Assembly: GCA_963835575.1 (NCBI GenBank)
Contig: CAWIGG010000004.1
Span: forward strand, 672,001-736,000
Length of the DNA: 64,000 bases
Direction of reading: 5' to 3'
From: an uncultured Spirochaetota bacterium
Lineage (GTDB): Bacteria > Spirochaetota > Brevinematia > Brevinematales > JAOACQ01
Shown here: one piece after another, positions 10,051-20,203 of the stretch
Numbering within the stretch: position 1 is the first letter of the stretch
Layout: every line of letters begins with the position of its first letter
The notes under the pieces: generated by a model
Told to the model about the DNA's origin: nothing
The model's database searches: none
The model's input: the letters and a program-made list of their open reading frames with translations, nothing else
Program-made: the position numbers and the translations under genes

Positions 10051-12126
10051 ATGAATCTTTTAATATTTGTAATAGTTATATTTTTTCTTATTTTTATATT
10101 ATTAATCGCAGATTACATAAAAAATATTCATAAATTCGAACTTCTTATTGAAAAGCTTTTTAGAAATTTCTTAAGAATTGAAAAAACAGCAGTTGATTTT
10201 GCTAAAAACTTTTTTAATACCCTTTCAAATGAAATCCGGAGTATTTTTTATGCTAAAACATGTCTCTTTTTTGTTGTTACCAAGGAGCACTTTACTCTAA
10301 AAGCAGCAGCATGTATTGATACTACTATTCAGTCAGACTTAAATTTTGATAATAATAAAGATTTTATAATTAATAAAGTTTCTGCTCTGAAAAAATTCTC
10401 TCCGCAACGATTAAAAAAAGAAATCTCTGCCCGTATTTTTAAAACAAGGAATTTAACATTCCTTCTTCCTCTATACCATAATAAAAAGCTGACAGCCTTT
10501 TTTATTTTGAGTCAAAAAAATCTTTTCCTTTATCTACGGGCGATGGTTTTTCTGGCGATGGTTTATAAAAAGTTAAATGAAGTTTTATATGATTTAATAA
10601 ATGTTGTAAAAGACCGGGAGCAGAATATAGGCACTATGATGCTCCTTGGAATAAAGGATTATGCATTTATAACAGTTGATAATGATCTTAATATAGCAAC
10701 CTGGAATAAAGGCGCAGAAATAATGTTCGGATATGATACAACTACAGGCATTCATAAAACTTTGACAGATCTGATTGAAAAAGAATCTTTACCCTCGTTC
10801 TATAAAGCTGTCGAAATTTCTGAAAAGACTGAGGAAGTAAAAGCGGAAATAATAATGAAAGACTGCAATGATACCAATATTATTTCGGAAATTTTGATTA
10901 AAAGAATTTTACAGGAGATTGTTTGTTCAGGTTATTATATACTTATAAAAGATATTACCAAAGAGGAGATATGGAAAAAAAGCATCCGCAGGCAGGCAAT
11001 TATTAACAAAAGTATTGTTGAAAACGCAAGAGACGGAATCCTGCTTTTGAATGAAGAGAGCAGAATAACTTTTCTTAATGAGAAAGTTAAAAATATTGTT
11101 GATGCCGGGATTACTTACCTTGGAATGGAAATAACACATATATTTTCAAGAGAATACGGGGAAAAATTTAAAGCTAAAATAGATGAGCTTAAAAATAGTG
11201 AAGCGGAACTGGCTTTTCTTAATTTAAAATTCGGAGATTTATGGTACAATATTCGATTTTTCCCAATTAAAGGAATTAAGACATATGATGGTATTGTTAT
11301 TTTCTTTATTGATAACACATATATAATGAAAACAAGGGAAAAATTGGAGGAAATGAATAGAAACCTGATAGAAGACTTGCAGGCAGCAAAGTTGATGCAT
11401 CTTAATCTTATTCCTTCTTCCTTACCGCAGAATAAAAAGATAAAATTTCAAGCTATTTTCCTACCGTCAGATGAGGTTGGAGGAGATTTTTATTATGTTG
11501 ATGAAATGGAAATTAAAAAGAAAAAATATTATATCACGCTGATGGCAGACGTCTCTGGACACGGTCTTGGGGCTTCAATGCTAACAGTATTAGTAAAAGA
11601 TGTCTATAGTGATTTTAAAAACAGGCTGGAATTTGAAAACAGTTTAAAATTGTCCGATTTTATAACTATGCTTAATAAAAAAATTATTAACTTAAATATG
11701 GAGGGAAGTAAATTTGTTACTATTTTTATACTATTAATAGATGTTGAAAACAAAAAAATAAAATATAGTTCAGCTGGGCACCCCCATGCTGTTATATTGA
11801 GGGGAAATGAAGCGATTGAAACTTTCGGAATAAAAAATTCCCCTCCTGTAGGCATAATTGATGATTTTGGTTATTCTGAAGAGGAAAGAGATATACTTCC
11901 AAAGGATAAACTCTGCATATATAGTGACGGCATTCTCGATGTATTTTCGTATGAAGCCAGGAATTTTAACCGTTTTCTGACAAAGAATAGAGATTTGGAT
12001 ATAAAGAAAATGAGGCAGGAAATAGAGAAAACGATAGAAAAGAGAAAAATAGAAAGGTATGAAAATGATAAAGGGAAATCAATACGGATTGATGACATTA
12101 CATTGGTTTTAGTAGAATTGCTATAA
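10051..12126 (+). CDS. PAS-domain SpoIIE/PP2C protein phosphatase
   Basis: N-terminal TM, PAS (WNKGAEIMFGY), then EVGGDFY, ADVSGHG, SAGHP, YSDG and DDITLV. Confidence 0.9.
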   Translation: MNLLIFVIVIFFLIFILLIADYIKNIHKFELLIEKLFRNFLRIEKTAVDFAKNFFNTLSNEIRSIFYAKTCLFFVVTKEHFTLKAAACIDTTIQSDLNFDNNKDFIINKVSALKKFSPQRLKKEISARIFKTRNLTFLLPLYHNKKLTAFFILSQKNLFLYLRAMVFLAMVYKKLNEVLYDLINVVKDREQNIGTMMLLGIKDYAFITVDNDLNIATWNKGAEIMFGYDTTTGIHKTLTDLIEKESLPSFYKAVEISEKTEEVKAEIIMKDCNDTNIISEILIKRILQEIVCSGYYILIKDITKEEIWKKSIRRQAIINKSIVENARDGILLLNEESRITFLNEKVKNIVDAGITYLGMEITHIFSREYGEKFKAKIDELKNSEAELAFLNLKFGDLWYNIRFFPIKGIKTYDGIVIFFIDNTYIMKTREKLEEMNRNLIEDLQAAKLMHLNLIPSSLPQNKKIKFQAIFLPSDEVGGDFYYVDEMEIKKKKYYITLMADVSGHGLGASMLTVLVKDVYSDFKNRLEFENSLKLSDFITMLNKKIINLNMEGSKFVTIFILLIDVENKKIKYSSAGHPHAVILRGNEAIETFGIKNSPPVGIIDDFGYSEEERDILPKDKLCIYSDGILDVFSYEARNFNRFLTKNRDLDIKKMRQEIEKTIEKRKIERYENDKGKSIRIDDITLVLVELL

Positions 12127-12136
12127 GGCGGGAAAT

Positions 12137-12655
12137 ATGGAGTTGTCAGCGAATCTTTTAGCAATGTTAAATGCCAATATTTTTGATATGAGAATAGAAG
12201 ACTTCCAGGAATTAAAGCGTTTTTACAGCTGTGAAAATAAAAGCTTTATGAAAATTATGGATAAAGCAATAGGTGAATTTAAGAAAAAAGAGGATATTGA
12301 AAAAATTTTATTCCTATTGCTTTATCTTAAAGATGAGATTAAAGACATATCGCCATTCCTTTCTAATAATATCAATCGTATTTTTTCTTTAATGATAAAA
12401 AACAATTATTTTAAACAGATTGCCCAATACAGTGATATACTTGAAGCTTGCGCCAATATAAAAGTACTTGAGTTATTGAATGAATTTACTAAAAGCCGAA
12501 ATATGGGAAAATTTTTAACTAATGTGGAAATATATAAGTTGAAAAAACTGGTTTTTGATCTTTCCAATAAATATAAAAAGGATGATGTGGCGTATCAAAT
12601 TGAAATAGCATTAGAAAATCAGGATTCCGAATGGCTTGAAAATATAGAAAAATAA
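12137..12655 (+). CDS. Hypothetical protein
   Basis: 172-aa ORF directly after the phosphatase; no recognised motif. Confidence 0.65.
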   Translation: MELSANLLAMLNANIFDMRIEDFQELKRFYSCENKSFMKIMDKAIGEFKKKEDIEKILFLLLYLKDEIKDISPFLSNNINRIFSLMIKNNYFKQIAQYSDILEACANIKVLELLNEFTKSRNMGKFLTNVEIYKLKKLVFDLSNKYKKDDVAYQIEIALENQDSEWLENIEK

Positions 12656-12907
12656 TTTTGCCGTCAAATTATAGGCTCTTCTGTTTTATAAAGAAAGAAT
12701 ATTTTTTATTTATGAATTTTATTCCCTTTTGATATATTAGTTTTGATATACAATAATTTAATTCTTGCTTTTTAATAAAACAAATTTTATAGCCGCTTTC
12801 ATAATTCAGTATACAAATCTATACACCGGGAAATGAAAATATAAGTAAAGTTAGTCTATTTTATTGAAAATAACGAGGATAGGAACCCCCCTTCAATAAA
12901 AAGATTG

Positions 12908-12923
12908 TGGCACGAATATTGCT
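12908..12923 (+). promoter_or_regulatory. sigma54 (-24/-12) promoter of the sigma factor gene
   Basis: TGGCACGAATATTGCT matches the consensus TGGCACG-N4-TTGCW exactly, 23 bp before ATG 12947. Confidence 0.85.
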
Positions 12924-12946
12924 CAATTTGTTGTATGGGGGATTAT

Positions 12947-13774
12947 ATGAAAGATTTAACCATCTTGAAACAATACATCAACAGTATTTCAAAATATTCC
13001 CGTATAACGCCAGAGGAAGAAAAAGAGCTTGCATACAGAATAAAAAATGGAGACCAGGCCGCATTAGATAAATTAATCAATGCAAATCTTAAACTTGTAG
13101 TAAAGATTGCAATAGAAATATGCAAGGGAAATACTTCCATTATGGATGTCATTCAGAACGGCAATCTCGGGTTAATAAAAGCGGCAGAAAAGTTTAATCC
13201 TACATTGGGTGTTAAATTTTCAACCTATTCAGCATTCTGGATAAAACAATCTATTTTAAGAGGTTTTATTAAACCGGCGCTTAATATAAGTATTTCATAC
13301 AGAAAAGATGAAATAAATAAAAAGATTAAGCATTATGTCAGAGAATTCTTTGCAAAAAAAGGGAAATTACCGGATATTAATAATATTATTAATGATTTAA
13401 AGGTAAAAAGGAGGGATGCGGTTGATGTCCTTTTACTTTATAAAGGAAATGGCGATTTTCAAACAAATAGTTCTTATCTAGAACCTTATGAAGATATGAT
13501 TGAGGCCGTTCAGGATAACAACTTTAATCCAGAATCGGTTGTTGAAAAGAAAAACTTAAAGAATGATATTATAACGGCGATTGAATCTTTCCCGACAAGA
13601 GAATGTGAAATTATAAAGAAAAGATATGGTTTTTCATGTGAAAAGAAAGAAACACTTCACAATCTAGGTAATAAATATTCGATTTCTGCTGAAGCCACAA
13701 GACAGATTGAGAAAAAAGTATTATCTATCATGAAATTAAGGTTTCCATATTTAGCCTATTATTATTTTGCCTGA
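12947..13774 (+). CDS. Alternative sigma70-family factor (RpoS-like, no region 1.1)
   Basis: Region 1.2 (YINSISKYSRITPEEEKEL), region 2 (LINANLKLVVKIA, QNGNLGLIKAAEKF, FSTYSAFWIKQSI) and region 4 HTH (ETL..LG...ISAEATRQIEKK). Confidence 0.9.
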   Translation: MKDLTILKQYINSISKYSRITPEEEKELAYRIKNGDQAALDKLINANLKLVVKIAIEICKGNTSIMDVIQNGNLGLIKAAEKFNPTLGVKFSTYSAFWIKQSILRGFIKPALNISISYRKDEINKKIKHYVREFFAKKGKLPDINNIINDLKVKRRDAVDVLLLYKGNGDFQTNSSYLEPYEDMIEAVQDNNFNPESVVEKKNLKNDIITAIESFPTRECEIIKKRYGFSCEKKETLHNLGNKYSISAEATRQIEKKVLSIMKLRFPYLAYYYFA

Positions 13775-13797
13775 TTAAACTCCTTATAAAAATAATA

Positions 13798-13842
13798 AAT
13801 ACCCCTTCCAATACCTTACGCATTGGAGGGGGTATTCTTTTT
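13798..13842 (+). terminator. Intrinsic terminator after the sigma factor
   Basis: AATACCCCTTCCAAT...ATTGGAGGGGGTATT stem followed by CTTTTT. Confidence 0.7.
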
Positions 13843-13852
13843 ATGTAATAAA

Positions 13853-13881
13853 TTGATTTGTACCGGGCGAAAGGGTATAAT
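13853..13881 (+). promoter_or_regulatory. Putative sigma70 promoter of smc
   Basis: TTGATT-17 bp-TATAAT. Confidence 0.6.
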
Positions 13882-13917
13882 AAATATCATAAAAATCAGA
13901 TGCTATATGAGGTAAGA

Positions 13918-16900
13918 ATGGTCAAATACTTGAAATCTGTTTATTTGCAGGGTTTTAAGTCATTTCCAATAAAGACACAGATTGATCTTGTTGAAGGGAT
14001 TACAGGGATCGTCGGTGCTAACGGTTCGGGGAAGTCTAATGTAGTCGAAGCGATTAAATGGGTTTTAGGCGAGCAAAGCGCAAAAAGCCTTCGCGGCGAT
14101 AAAATGGAAGACGTTATATTTAACGGCACGAAAGACAGAGTGTCTATGAGCATGGCTGAAGTCTCATTAATTTTTGATAATGAAAACCACTGGCTTCCCA
14201 TTGATTATTCAGAAGTGGCTGTATCAAGAAGGATCTTCCGTTCAGGTGAAGGGCAGTATTCGATAAATAAATCCCGTGTCAGACTGAAAGATGTTGTTGA
14301 ATTATTTTTAGACACCGGCATCGGCAGGGACAGTTATGCTATTTTTGAACAGGGAAAAATAGACCGTCTTTTAAGCGAAAGTCCCCAGGAAAGAAGGACC
14401 CTTTTTGAGGATTTTGCCGGCATATCAAAATTTAAATATAGGAAAGAAGAAGCTGAAAAAAAATTGGAAAATTCCGCTGCGAATATCGAACGGATTAATG
14501 ATGTAATATTAGGGCTGGAAAAGGAAGTTGTAAGTTTAAAGGAACAGGCTGAGAATGCGCATCTTTACCAGGAAGTAAAAGCCGGCTTAAAAAGTCTGGA
14601 ATTAAAATTCGAGGTACTCAGAAAAATTAATTTTGAGAGTGAAATAGCAAATAAATTGGCCCAGAGGAAGCAGAATGAAGATAAGCTAAATCCTCTAATG
14701 GAAGAATTGAAGGATAAGGAAGAAAAAATTATTCAATGCGAGGAGAATATTCAAACGGAAGAAACGGATTATAATAAAATCCGCGATGAATACGTCAAGA
14801 TAGAAAGAGAGTTCGGAGAACTGAAATCCAGGCTTGAGAATAATAAAGAAAGAAAGAAATCGCTTGAAGGTCAGGTGAATAATATAGGAAACAGGCTGCA
14901 TGAAGGAGACGACAGGTTAAAAACATTAGAGAATGAACTCTCATTAAGAGAAAAAGAATATAACACAATTTCCGAGGAAAAAGAAGAAGTTACTTCACAT
15001 TTGCATGAAATCGAATCTAAAATAGATCAAATCCATCTGGATATTAAAAAGCTTGACGCTAAAATTTTAAACCGGTCAAAAACTGTCGGTTTTGAAAAGA
15101 TTATCAGTAAAGACAATGTTGATAAAAATAAGCAGGATCTGATCGCATATCAAACAAAACTCGAAAATTACCGCGCTTCCCTTGAAGAAAAGTGGAATCA
15201 GTTAAAAAATATTGAACAGCAGATGGAAGAAAAAAACACGCAATTGGCGCTGTCCAATCAGGCTATTTCGGCATTAACCGAAGAACTGAAAAAAGTATTA
15301 CAGGAAATTGAAGGCTTACAATCCAGGGAAAAGGCGCTTAAACTTGAAAATCAGAATTTAAATGATAAGACCAAAAAAATTCAGGAAGAATCAAAACAGA
15401 TGGATCGGGTGATTATTGATTCTCTGGAAAAACAGGCGGCGCTATTAAAGGAATTTGCCAAAAAGAAGCCGGATATTGAAGCTGGTATAGACAGCATCTT
15501 CAATGAACTCATTAATATGATACAGAAAAATATGCCGCTGGAAGGAATAAAAAATAAAATGTCTTTATTAAAAACACAATTTGGGCAGTTTAAGGATTAT
15601 TATGAAAGCATTCTGAATGTATTATACAGCGATGAAGGAACTTATACTAAAAAAGACGCGCTCAATAAAGAAAGCGAGGATATCGGCCGGCAGATTTTTA
15701 AAAACGAAGAAGAAAGTGAAGGTATTAGGTTAAACATTAAAGAATTGCAGGAAGTAAGGGAAGGTATTCAGAATAATTATAATAAAAACCAGTATGAGGC
15801 GGGAAGCGTTAAAAACGATTTAAATAAGTTAACCGATCAATTCACATCGACTCAGGAAGCCTTCAAAATGATTGAGAATCAGATTAACGACACTTCCGAA
15901 AAGATCAAAACAAAGCAGAATCAAACAGAAGAAATGATGCAGATTATTGATGAATATGAAGAGGAAATACTGGAAATGAAATCAAACCGGAATTCTCTGC
16001 TTGAGGAATTAAACAATAAAAAAATCAATTTTGCCCGTGTTGATGAAAAATATAATTCGCTGACAAATGAAATAACAAGAATAAATAATCAGATGAGCGA
16101 TTTAACCGAAATGAAATCGACATATCAGACAGATAAAAATAATGCCTTATCTTCAATCAAGGAACTGGATGCAAGAGTAAAGAAAGATGATAGTGAACAA
16201 GAACAATTTATAAAGAAAATTGAAAACTATAAAGATGAAATTGAAAAGAAAAAGGGGCTTATTGAAAAATTACAGAAAACAAGGAAATTATTGGATATTC
16301 AGCGTAAAGAGACAGATGAAAACAGGCAGCGTCTGGAAAAAATTATCATCAACCTGGATAATGCTTTATCTGAACGGAAAGGCTTTCTTGAATCAATCAT
16401 TGAAAACGCTATAAAAAATTATGGAGTGGATATTAATACAATTACGATTGAGAAGGAAGATAATTTTGAAAACATATCCGCAAAAATCAATGACTTGAGA
16501 ATGGAATTGCAGCGCCTGGGGAATGTCAACCTTCTGGCTATTGAGCAGTATCAGAATGCGAAAGAAAGACTGGAGTTTTTGGCGGTACAAAAACAGGATA
16601 GCGAAAAAGCGATAGCTGATATTGTATCCCTGATCGATGAGACGAATAAAAGATGTATCGAGCAATTTACATCCTCTTTTGAAGATATCCGGAAGGCTTT
16701 TAAAAAGATATTCTCACGCCTGTTTGACGGAGGAAGAGCCGATTTGATGCTGGAAGATGAAAATGATGTGCTGAACAGCGGTGTTAATATTTTTGCGGAA
16801 CCGCCGGGAAAGAAATTTCAAAGCATATCGCTATTATCCGGTGGAGAAAGGGCTTTGGTGGCCATCGCGGTCATTTTTTCGATACTCTATTTAAAACCGA

Positions 16901-17160
16901 CGCCTTTTGTTGTCCTGGATGAAATGGACGCGCCTCTGGATGATGATAATATAGAGCGTTTTAAAGCCCTGTTGCGTGATTTCAGGGAAACCAGCCAGTT
17001 TATTATTGTGTCGCACTCAAAATCAACTCTGGAAATATGCGATGCTCTTTACGGTGTAACGATGGAAGAACAGGGAGTATCCAAAATAATCAATGTCGAG
17101 TTTGACGAAGCCGACATCCTTTTCAAAGCTCTTGATAATAATACCAGCCAATCTGAGTAA
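13918..17160 (+). CDS. smc: Chromosome segregation protein SMC
   Basis: LQGFKSF, GANGSGKSN, SLRGDKMEDVIFNG, long coiled coils, LLSGGERAL signature and VLDEMDAPLD. ATG 13918 follows GAGGT. Confidence 0.95.
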   Translation: MVKYLKSVYLQGFKSFPIKTQIDLVEGITGIVGANGSGKSNVVEAIKWVLGEQSAKSLRGDKMEDVIFNGTKDRVSMSMAEVSLIFDNENHWLPIDYSEVAVSRRIFRSGEGQYSINKSRVRLKDVVELFLDTGIGRDSYAIFEQGKIDRLLSESPQERRTLFEDFAGISKFKYRKEEAEKKLENSAANIERINDVILGLEKEVVSLKEQAENAHLYQEVKAGLKSLELKFEVLRKINFESEIANKLAQRKQNEDKLNPLMEELKDKEEKIIQCEENIQTEETDYNKIRDEYVKIEREFGELKSRLENNKERKKSLEGQVNNIGNRLHEGDDRLKTLENELSLREKEYNTISEEKEEVTSHLHEIESKIDQIHLDIKKLDAKILNRSKTVGFEKIISKDNVDKNKQDLIAYQTKLENYRASLEEKWNQLKNIEQQMEEKNTQLALSNQAISALTEELKKVLQEIEGLQSREKALKLENQNLNDKTKKIQEESKQMDRVIIDSLEKQAALLKEFAKKKPDIEAGIDSIFNELINMIQKNMPLEGIKNKMSLLKTQFGQFKDYYESILNVLYSDEGTYTKKDALNKESEDIGRQIFKNEEESEGIRLNIKELQEVREGIQNNYNKNQYEAGSVKNDLNKLTDQFTSTQEAFKMIENQINDTSEKIKTKQNQTEEMMQIIDEYEEEILEMKSNRNSLLEELNNKKINFARVDEKYNSLTNEITRINNQMSDLTEMKSTYQTDKNNALSSIKELDARVKKDDSEQEQFIKKIENYKDEIEKKKGLIEKLQKTRKLLDIQRKETDENRQRLEKIIINLDNALSERKGFLESIIENAIKNYGVDINTITIEKEDNFENISAKINDLRMELQRLGNVNLLAIEQYQNAKERLEFLAVQKQDSEKAIADIVSLIDETNKRCIEQFTSSFEDIRKAFKKIFSRLFDGGRADLMLEDENDVLNSGVNIFAEPPGKKFQSISLLSGGERALVAIAVIFSILYLKPTPFVVLDEMDAPLDDDNIERFKALLRDFRETSQFIIVSHSKSTLEICDALYGVTMEEQGVSKIINVEFDEADILFKALDNNTSQSE

Positions 17161-17215
17161 GCTTCACTTTACAAAAATAATAAATTTTATTAATCTAAAT
17201 TAAGGGGAAAATAAT

Positions 17216-17899
17216 ATGATATATATGTTTGATTGGACTTTTTTGCTGCTCATTCCGCCTTTCATACTGGCATTATGGGCCCAGATGAAAACGCAGGCAA
17301 CTTTTAAAAAATATTCCCGGATCAGCATAACAAGAAATATGACAGGAGCGGAGATCGCAGGAAAAATACTAACCGATTACGGAGTTCGGGATATCCGGAT
17401 TGAAAGAGTTAACGGCGTTTTAACAGATCATTATGATCCGGTTCATAAAGTATTAAATCTTTCTGATGCGGTCTACAGCCAGAACTCAATCGCGGCGGCC
17501 GGTGTAGCCGCTCATGAAGCGGGGCACGCGCTTCAGCATGCGAAAGGCTACAGTCCGATAAAAATAAGGAATTCGCTTGTTCCTGTCGCCAATATCACTT
17601 CTTATTTAGCCATTCCTTTGTTTTTCATCGGTTTCCTGATGAGTTTTCCATTATTAATCAAAATCGGGATATTCCTGTTTATCGGGATTGTCGCCTTCCA
17701 TCTGGTGACCCTGCCGGTTGAATTTGACGCGAGCAGCAGGGCCCTTAAAGTGTTAAAGCAGAGTTCTTTTCTTAATAATTCGGAGCTGGAGGGGGCCAGA
17801 TCTGTTCTCAGCGCCGCAGCTCTGACTTATGTGTCTGCCGCGCTTATGGCGTTCATGCAGCTTATCCGCTTGATATTTCTGGCAAGGGACAGGGATTAA
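17216..17899 (+). CDS. Membrane zinc metallopeptidase (YugP/Zn_peptidase_2 type)
   Basis: LTDHYDP, AAHEAGHALQH, TLPVEFDASSRA and AALTYV. Confidence 0.92.
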   Translation: MIYMFDWTFLLLIPPFILALWAQMKTQATFKKYSRISITRNMTGAEIAGKILTDYGVRDIRIERVNGVLTDHYDPVHKVLNLSDAVYSQNSIAAAGVAAHEAGHALQHAKGYSPIKIRNSLVPVANITSYLAIPLFFIGFLMSFPLLIKIGIFLFIGIVAFHLVTLPVEFDASSRALKVLKQSSFLNNSELEGARSVLSAAALTYVSAALMAFMQLIRLIFLARDRD

Positions 17900-17911
17900 T
17901 TATAAATTTAT

Positions 17912-17946
17912 AAAAAAAGGCTGAACCAAAAAGTTCAGCCTTTTTT
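17912..17946. terminator. Bidirectional intrinsic terminator
   Basis: A7-GGCTGAAC-caaaaa-GTTCAGCC-T6 between convergent genes. Confidence 0.85.
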
Positions 17947-18409
17947 ATCTATTACTCATTTCCCTGTCCATATCCCGCCGGATATCTCTTTCTTTTAATA
18001 CCGCCTTTTTATCATGCAGCTTTTTGCCCTTGGCTATCCCGATAAGAACTTTGGCGTATTTACCTTTTAGGTATAATTTTGTCGGGACAATTGTGGTTCC
18101 TTTCTGGCATGTGAGATTGGATAATTTCAGTATTTCCTTTTTATGGAGCAGAAGCTTCCTGACGCGGAGGACTTCGTGATTGAAAATATTGCCGAATCCG
18201 TAAGGGCTGATATGAAGATTGTAAAGAAGAGCCTCGCCGTTCTTGATGAGGACAAAGCTGTCTTTTAAATTGACCGCATGATCCCTGACCGATTTAATTT
18301 CAGTGCCTTTTAATTCTATGCCCGCTTCATAAGTATTGAGAATTTCATAATCATGAAAAGCTTTTTTGTTTTGAGCTATTTCTGTAATCTTTTTTTTTTC
18401 CATTCTCAT
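17945..18409 (-). CDS. smpB: SsrA-binding protein
   Basis: [31 protein letters not shown] and GKKLHDK. Confidence 0.97.
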   Translation of the reverse strand: MRMEKKKITEIAQNKKAFHDYEILNTYEAGIELKGTEIKSVRDHAVNLKDSFVLIKNGEALLYNLHISPYGFGNIFNHEVLRVRKLLLHKKEILKLSNLTCQKGTTIVPTKLYLKGKYAKVLIGIAKGKKLHDKKAVLKERDIRRDMDREMSNR

Positions 18410-18418
18410 TAACCCCGG

Positions 18419-18721
18419 CTATTGCACATCTGCGAATTTATCGGCCGGCTTTTGAGGGATAATGATCTCGCCGAATTGCCTTTCATAATTCGCGATATTA
18501 TTGTTGATTGCCGCCAGAAAATTTTTGGCGTTTTTCGGCGTCATAATGATGCGGGTTATAATTTTCGCTTCCTCTTTACCGGGGAGGATGTGAGCGAAGT
18601 CGATGACAAACTCCTCCGGCGAATGGGAGACTATCGCGAAATTAGAATACTTGACAATATTTTCATCATTTGCAATTTCCACTTTTATATTCTGCTGATT
18701 CGGGATTTTAGTTTCGGCCAT
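18419..18721 (-). CDS. DUF3467-like protein
   Basis: YSNFAIVSHSPEEFVIDF...RIIMTPKNAK...YERQFGEI. Confidence 0.85.
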   Translation of the reverse strand: MAETKIPNQQNIKVEIANDENIVKYSNFAIVSHSPEEFVIDFAHILPGKEEAKIITRIIMTPKNAKNFLAAINNNIANYERQFGEIIIPQKPADKFADVQ

Positions 18722-18779
18722 ATTTATCTCCTTATGCGTACAATCTATCTATTAATGATAATGCTTAATTTGAAAATTA

Positions 18780-20196
18780 TCAATATTGATTCCATATTTT
18801 CTCAATTCTTTTTAAATGGATATGATATTTGATCCTGGGTATGAGAAAGAAAACAAATAGGATCAGAATATAACTTGATATTAAAGATAAAACTGAAAAA
18901 CCGTTTATTGTCTGATAGGAAAACGGGATAAGAGACAGGACATCTGCTATAGAGGTAGTTATCTTCCATAAGATAGTAATAGCATATTGAAAGATGGAAT
19001 GAATAAAAGAAACGCCGGTAAGAATGAAAATAAGATCGATAAAGCAGAGATAAGTAATGATATTAAAAAGAGGAATAATGATTAGATTGGCAAGAGGAGA
19101 AATAAAACTGATGCCTTTGAAAAAGAAAAGCAGAATGGGCAGGGTTGATATGTTTGCGGATAAAGTCCCTGATATAATATCGGATATATATTTCCCCGCA
19201 AAAGTAAAAAAGCCTTTTACAGGTTCAATGAAGAAATAAATGCCGAGAACGGCTGTATAGCTCAGCCAGAAGCTGACGGTGAGGATATAGGCGGGTTCAA
19301 AGACAATTGAAAGTGCCGCTGAATAAAGGATGATATCGAATAAATCCGGATCACGGCCTGTTAATTTTAATAAATTATAGAGCAGGAACATGATACCGGC
19401 GCGAACAACTGAAGCGCCGAAGCCCGCTATGGCAATATAAATAATAATGATTATTGATGAGATGATATAAGTATGGGAATTTTTCAATATCTTTTTTAAT
19501 AAAAACATAATTCCCAGGCTGATAATGGCGACATTCAGCCCGGAAGATGGCGAGCAGGTGTGTAACTCCGGTCATTTTGAATGATTGCGACGTAGAGTAA
19601 TTAATAAAGTGTGTGTTTGCCATGATAAGAGAAAACAAGAGGCTTTTCACTTCATCATTGGATGTCTCGATTATTCTGTCATTGAGACTTTTCCTGGACT
19701 GAGTTATAAGCATAAAAACAATGGGGCCGGCTTTGACCGGAATAATTTCTTTTGCATAAAGAGTTTTCCATTGCTGGTTTTGAATCCGATAGGTTGATAC
19801 AAACCCGGTTATTTGCGCCGTCTGACCTTTATAAAGTGCATAGGCGTTTGTCGAGATTATATTGATATTGCCGGCATGAACTTCATACTGGCCGTCTTGT
19901 CTTAATTCGGGAAAATCCGAGATCTGGAAAACGGCGGTCACAAATCCTTTTTCCGGAAGCGGGGTTTGGGACTTCTGATAAAAGTAACCGGAAGAGAAAC
20001 CAAGGAATAATCCAAAAATAACAAAAAATGGGACGGCTTTGTTTTTTTTGACAAAAGCAAATAGTATGGAGAAGGATATTATCAGTAAGATGGATATGAT
20101 AAAAACAGGAGATATTAAATTGATATTCTGGTAAGAATAAAAAGAGGAAAAAAATACAGCGCAGATAAATACAGCCAGATTCACCCGCATAAACAA
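18780..20196 (-). pseudogene. comEC: ComEC/Rec2 competence membrane protein split by a +1 frameshift
   Basis: ORFs 19375-20196 and 18780-19508. Removing one base at 19544-19545 restores GVTHLLAISGLNVAII and joins it to SVVRAGIM...SFWLSY. Confidence 0.85.
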
Positions 20197-20203
20197 GCCT
20201 TAA

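Noticed and set aside
12905..12946. Cys-rich N-terminal extension MWHEYCSICC of the sigma factor
   Set aside because: It is the translated sigma54 promoter and RBS; the real start is ATG 12947.
17945..18409. tmRNA, tRNA or rRNA genes near smpB or elsewhere
   Set aside because: No recognisable structural RNA gene found by eye; a covariance search would be needed to exclude one.
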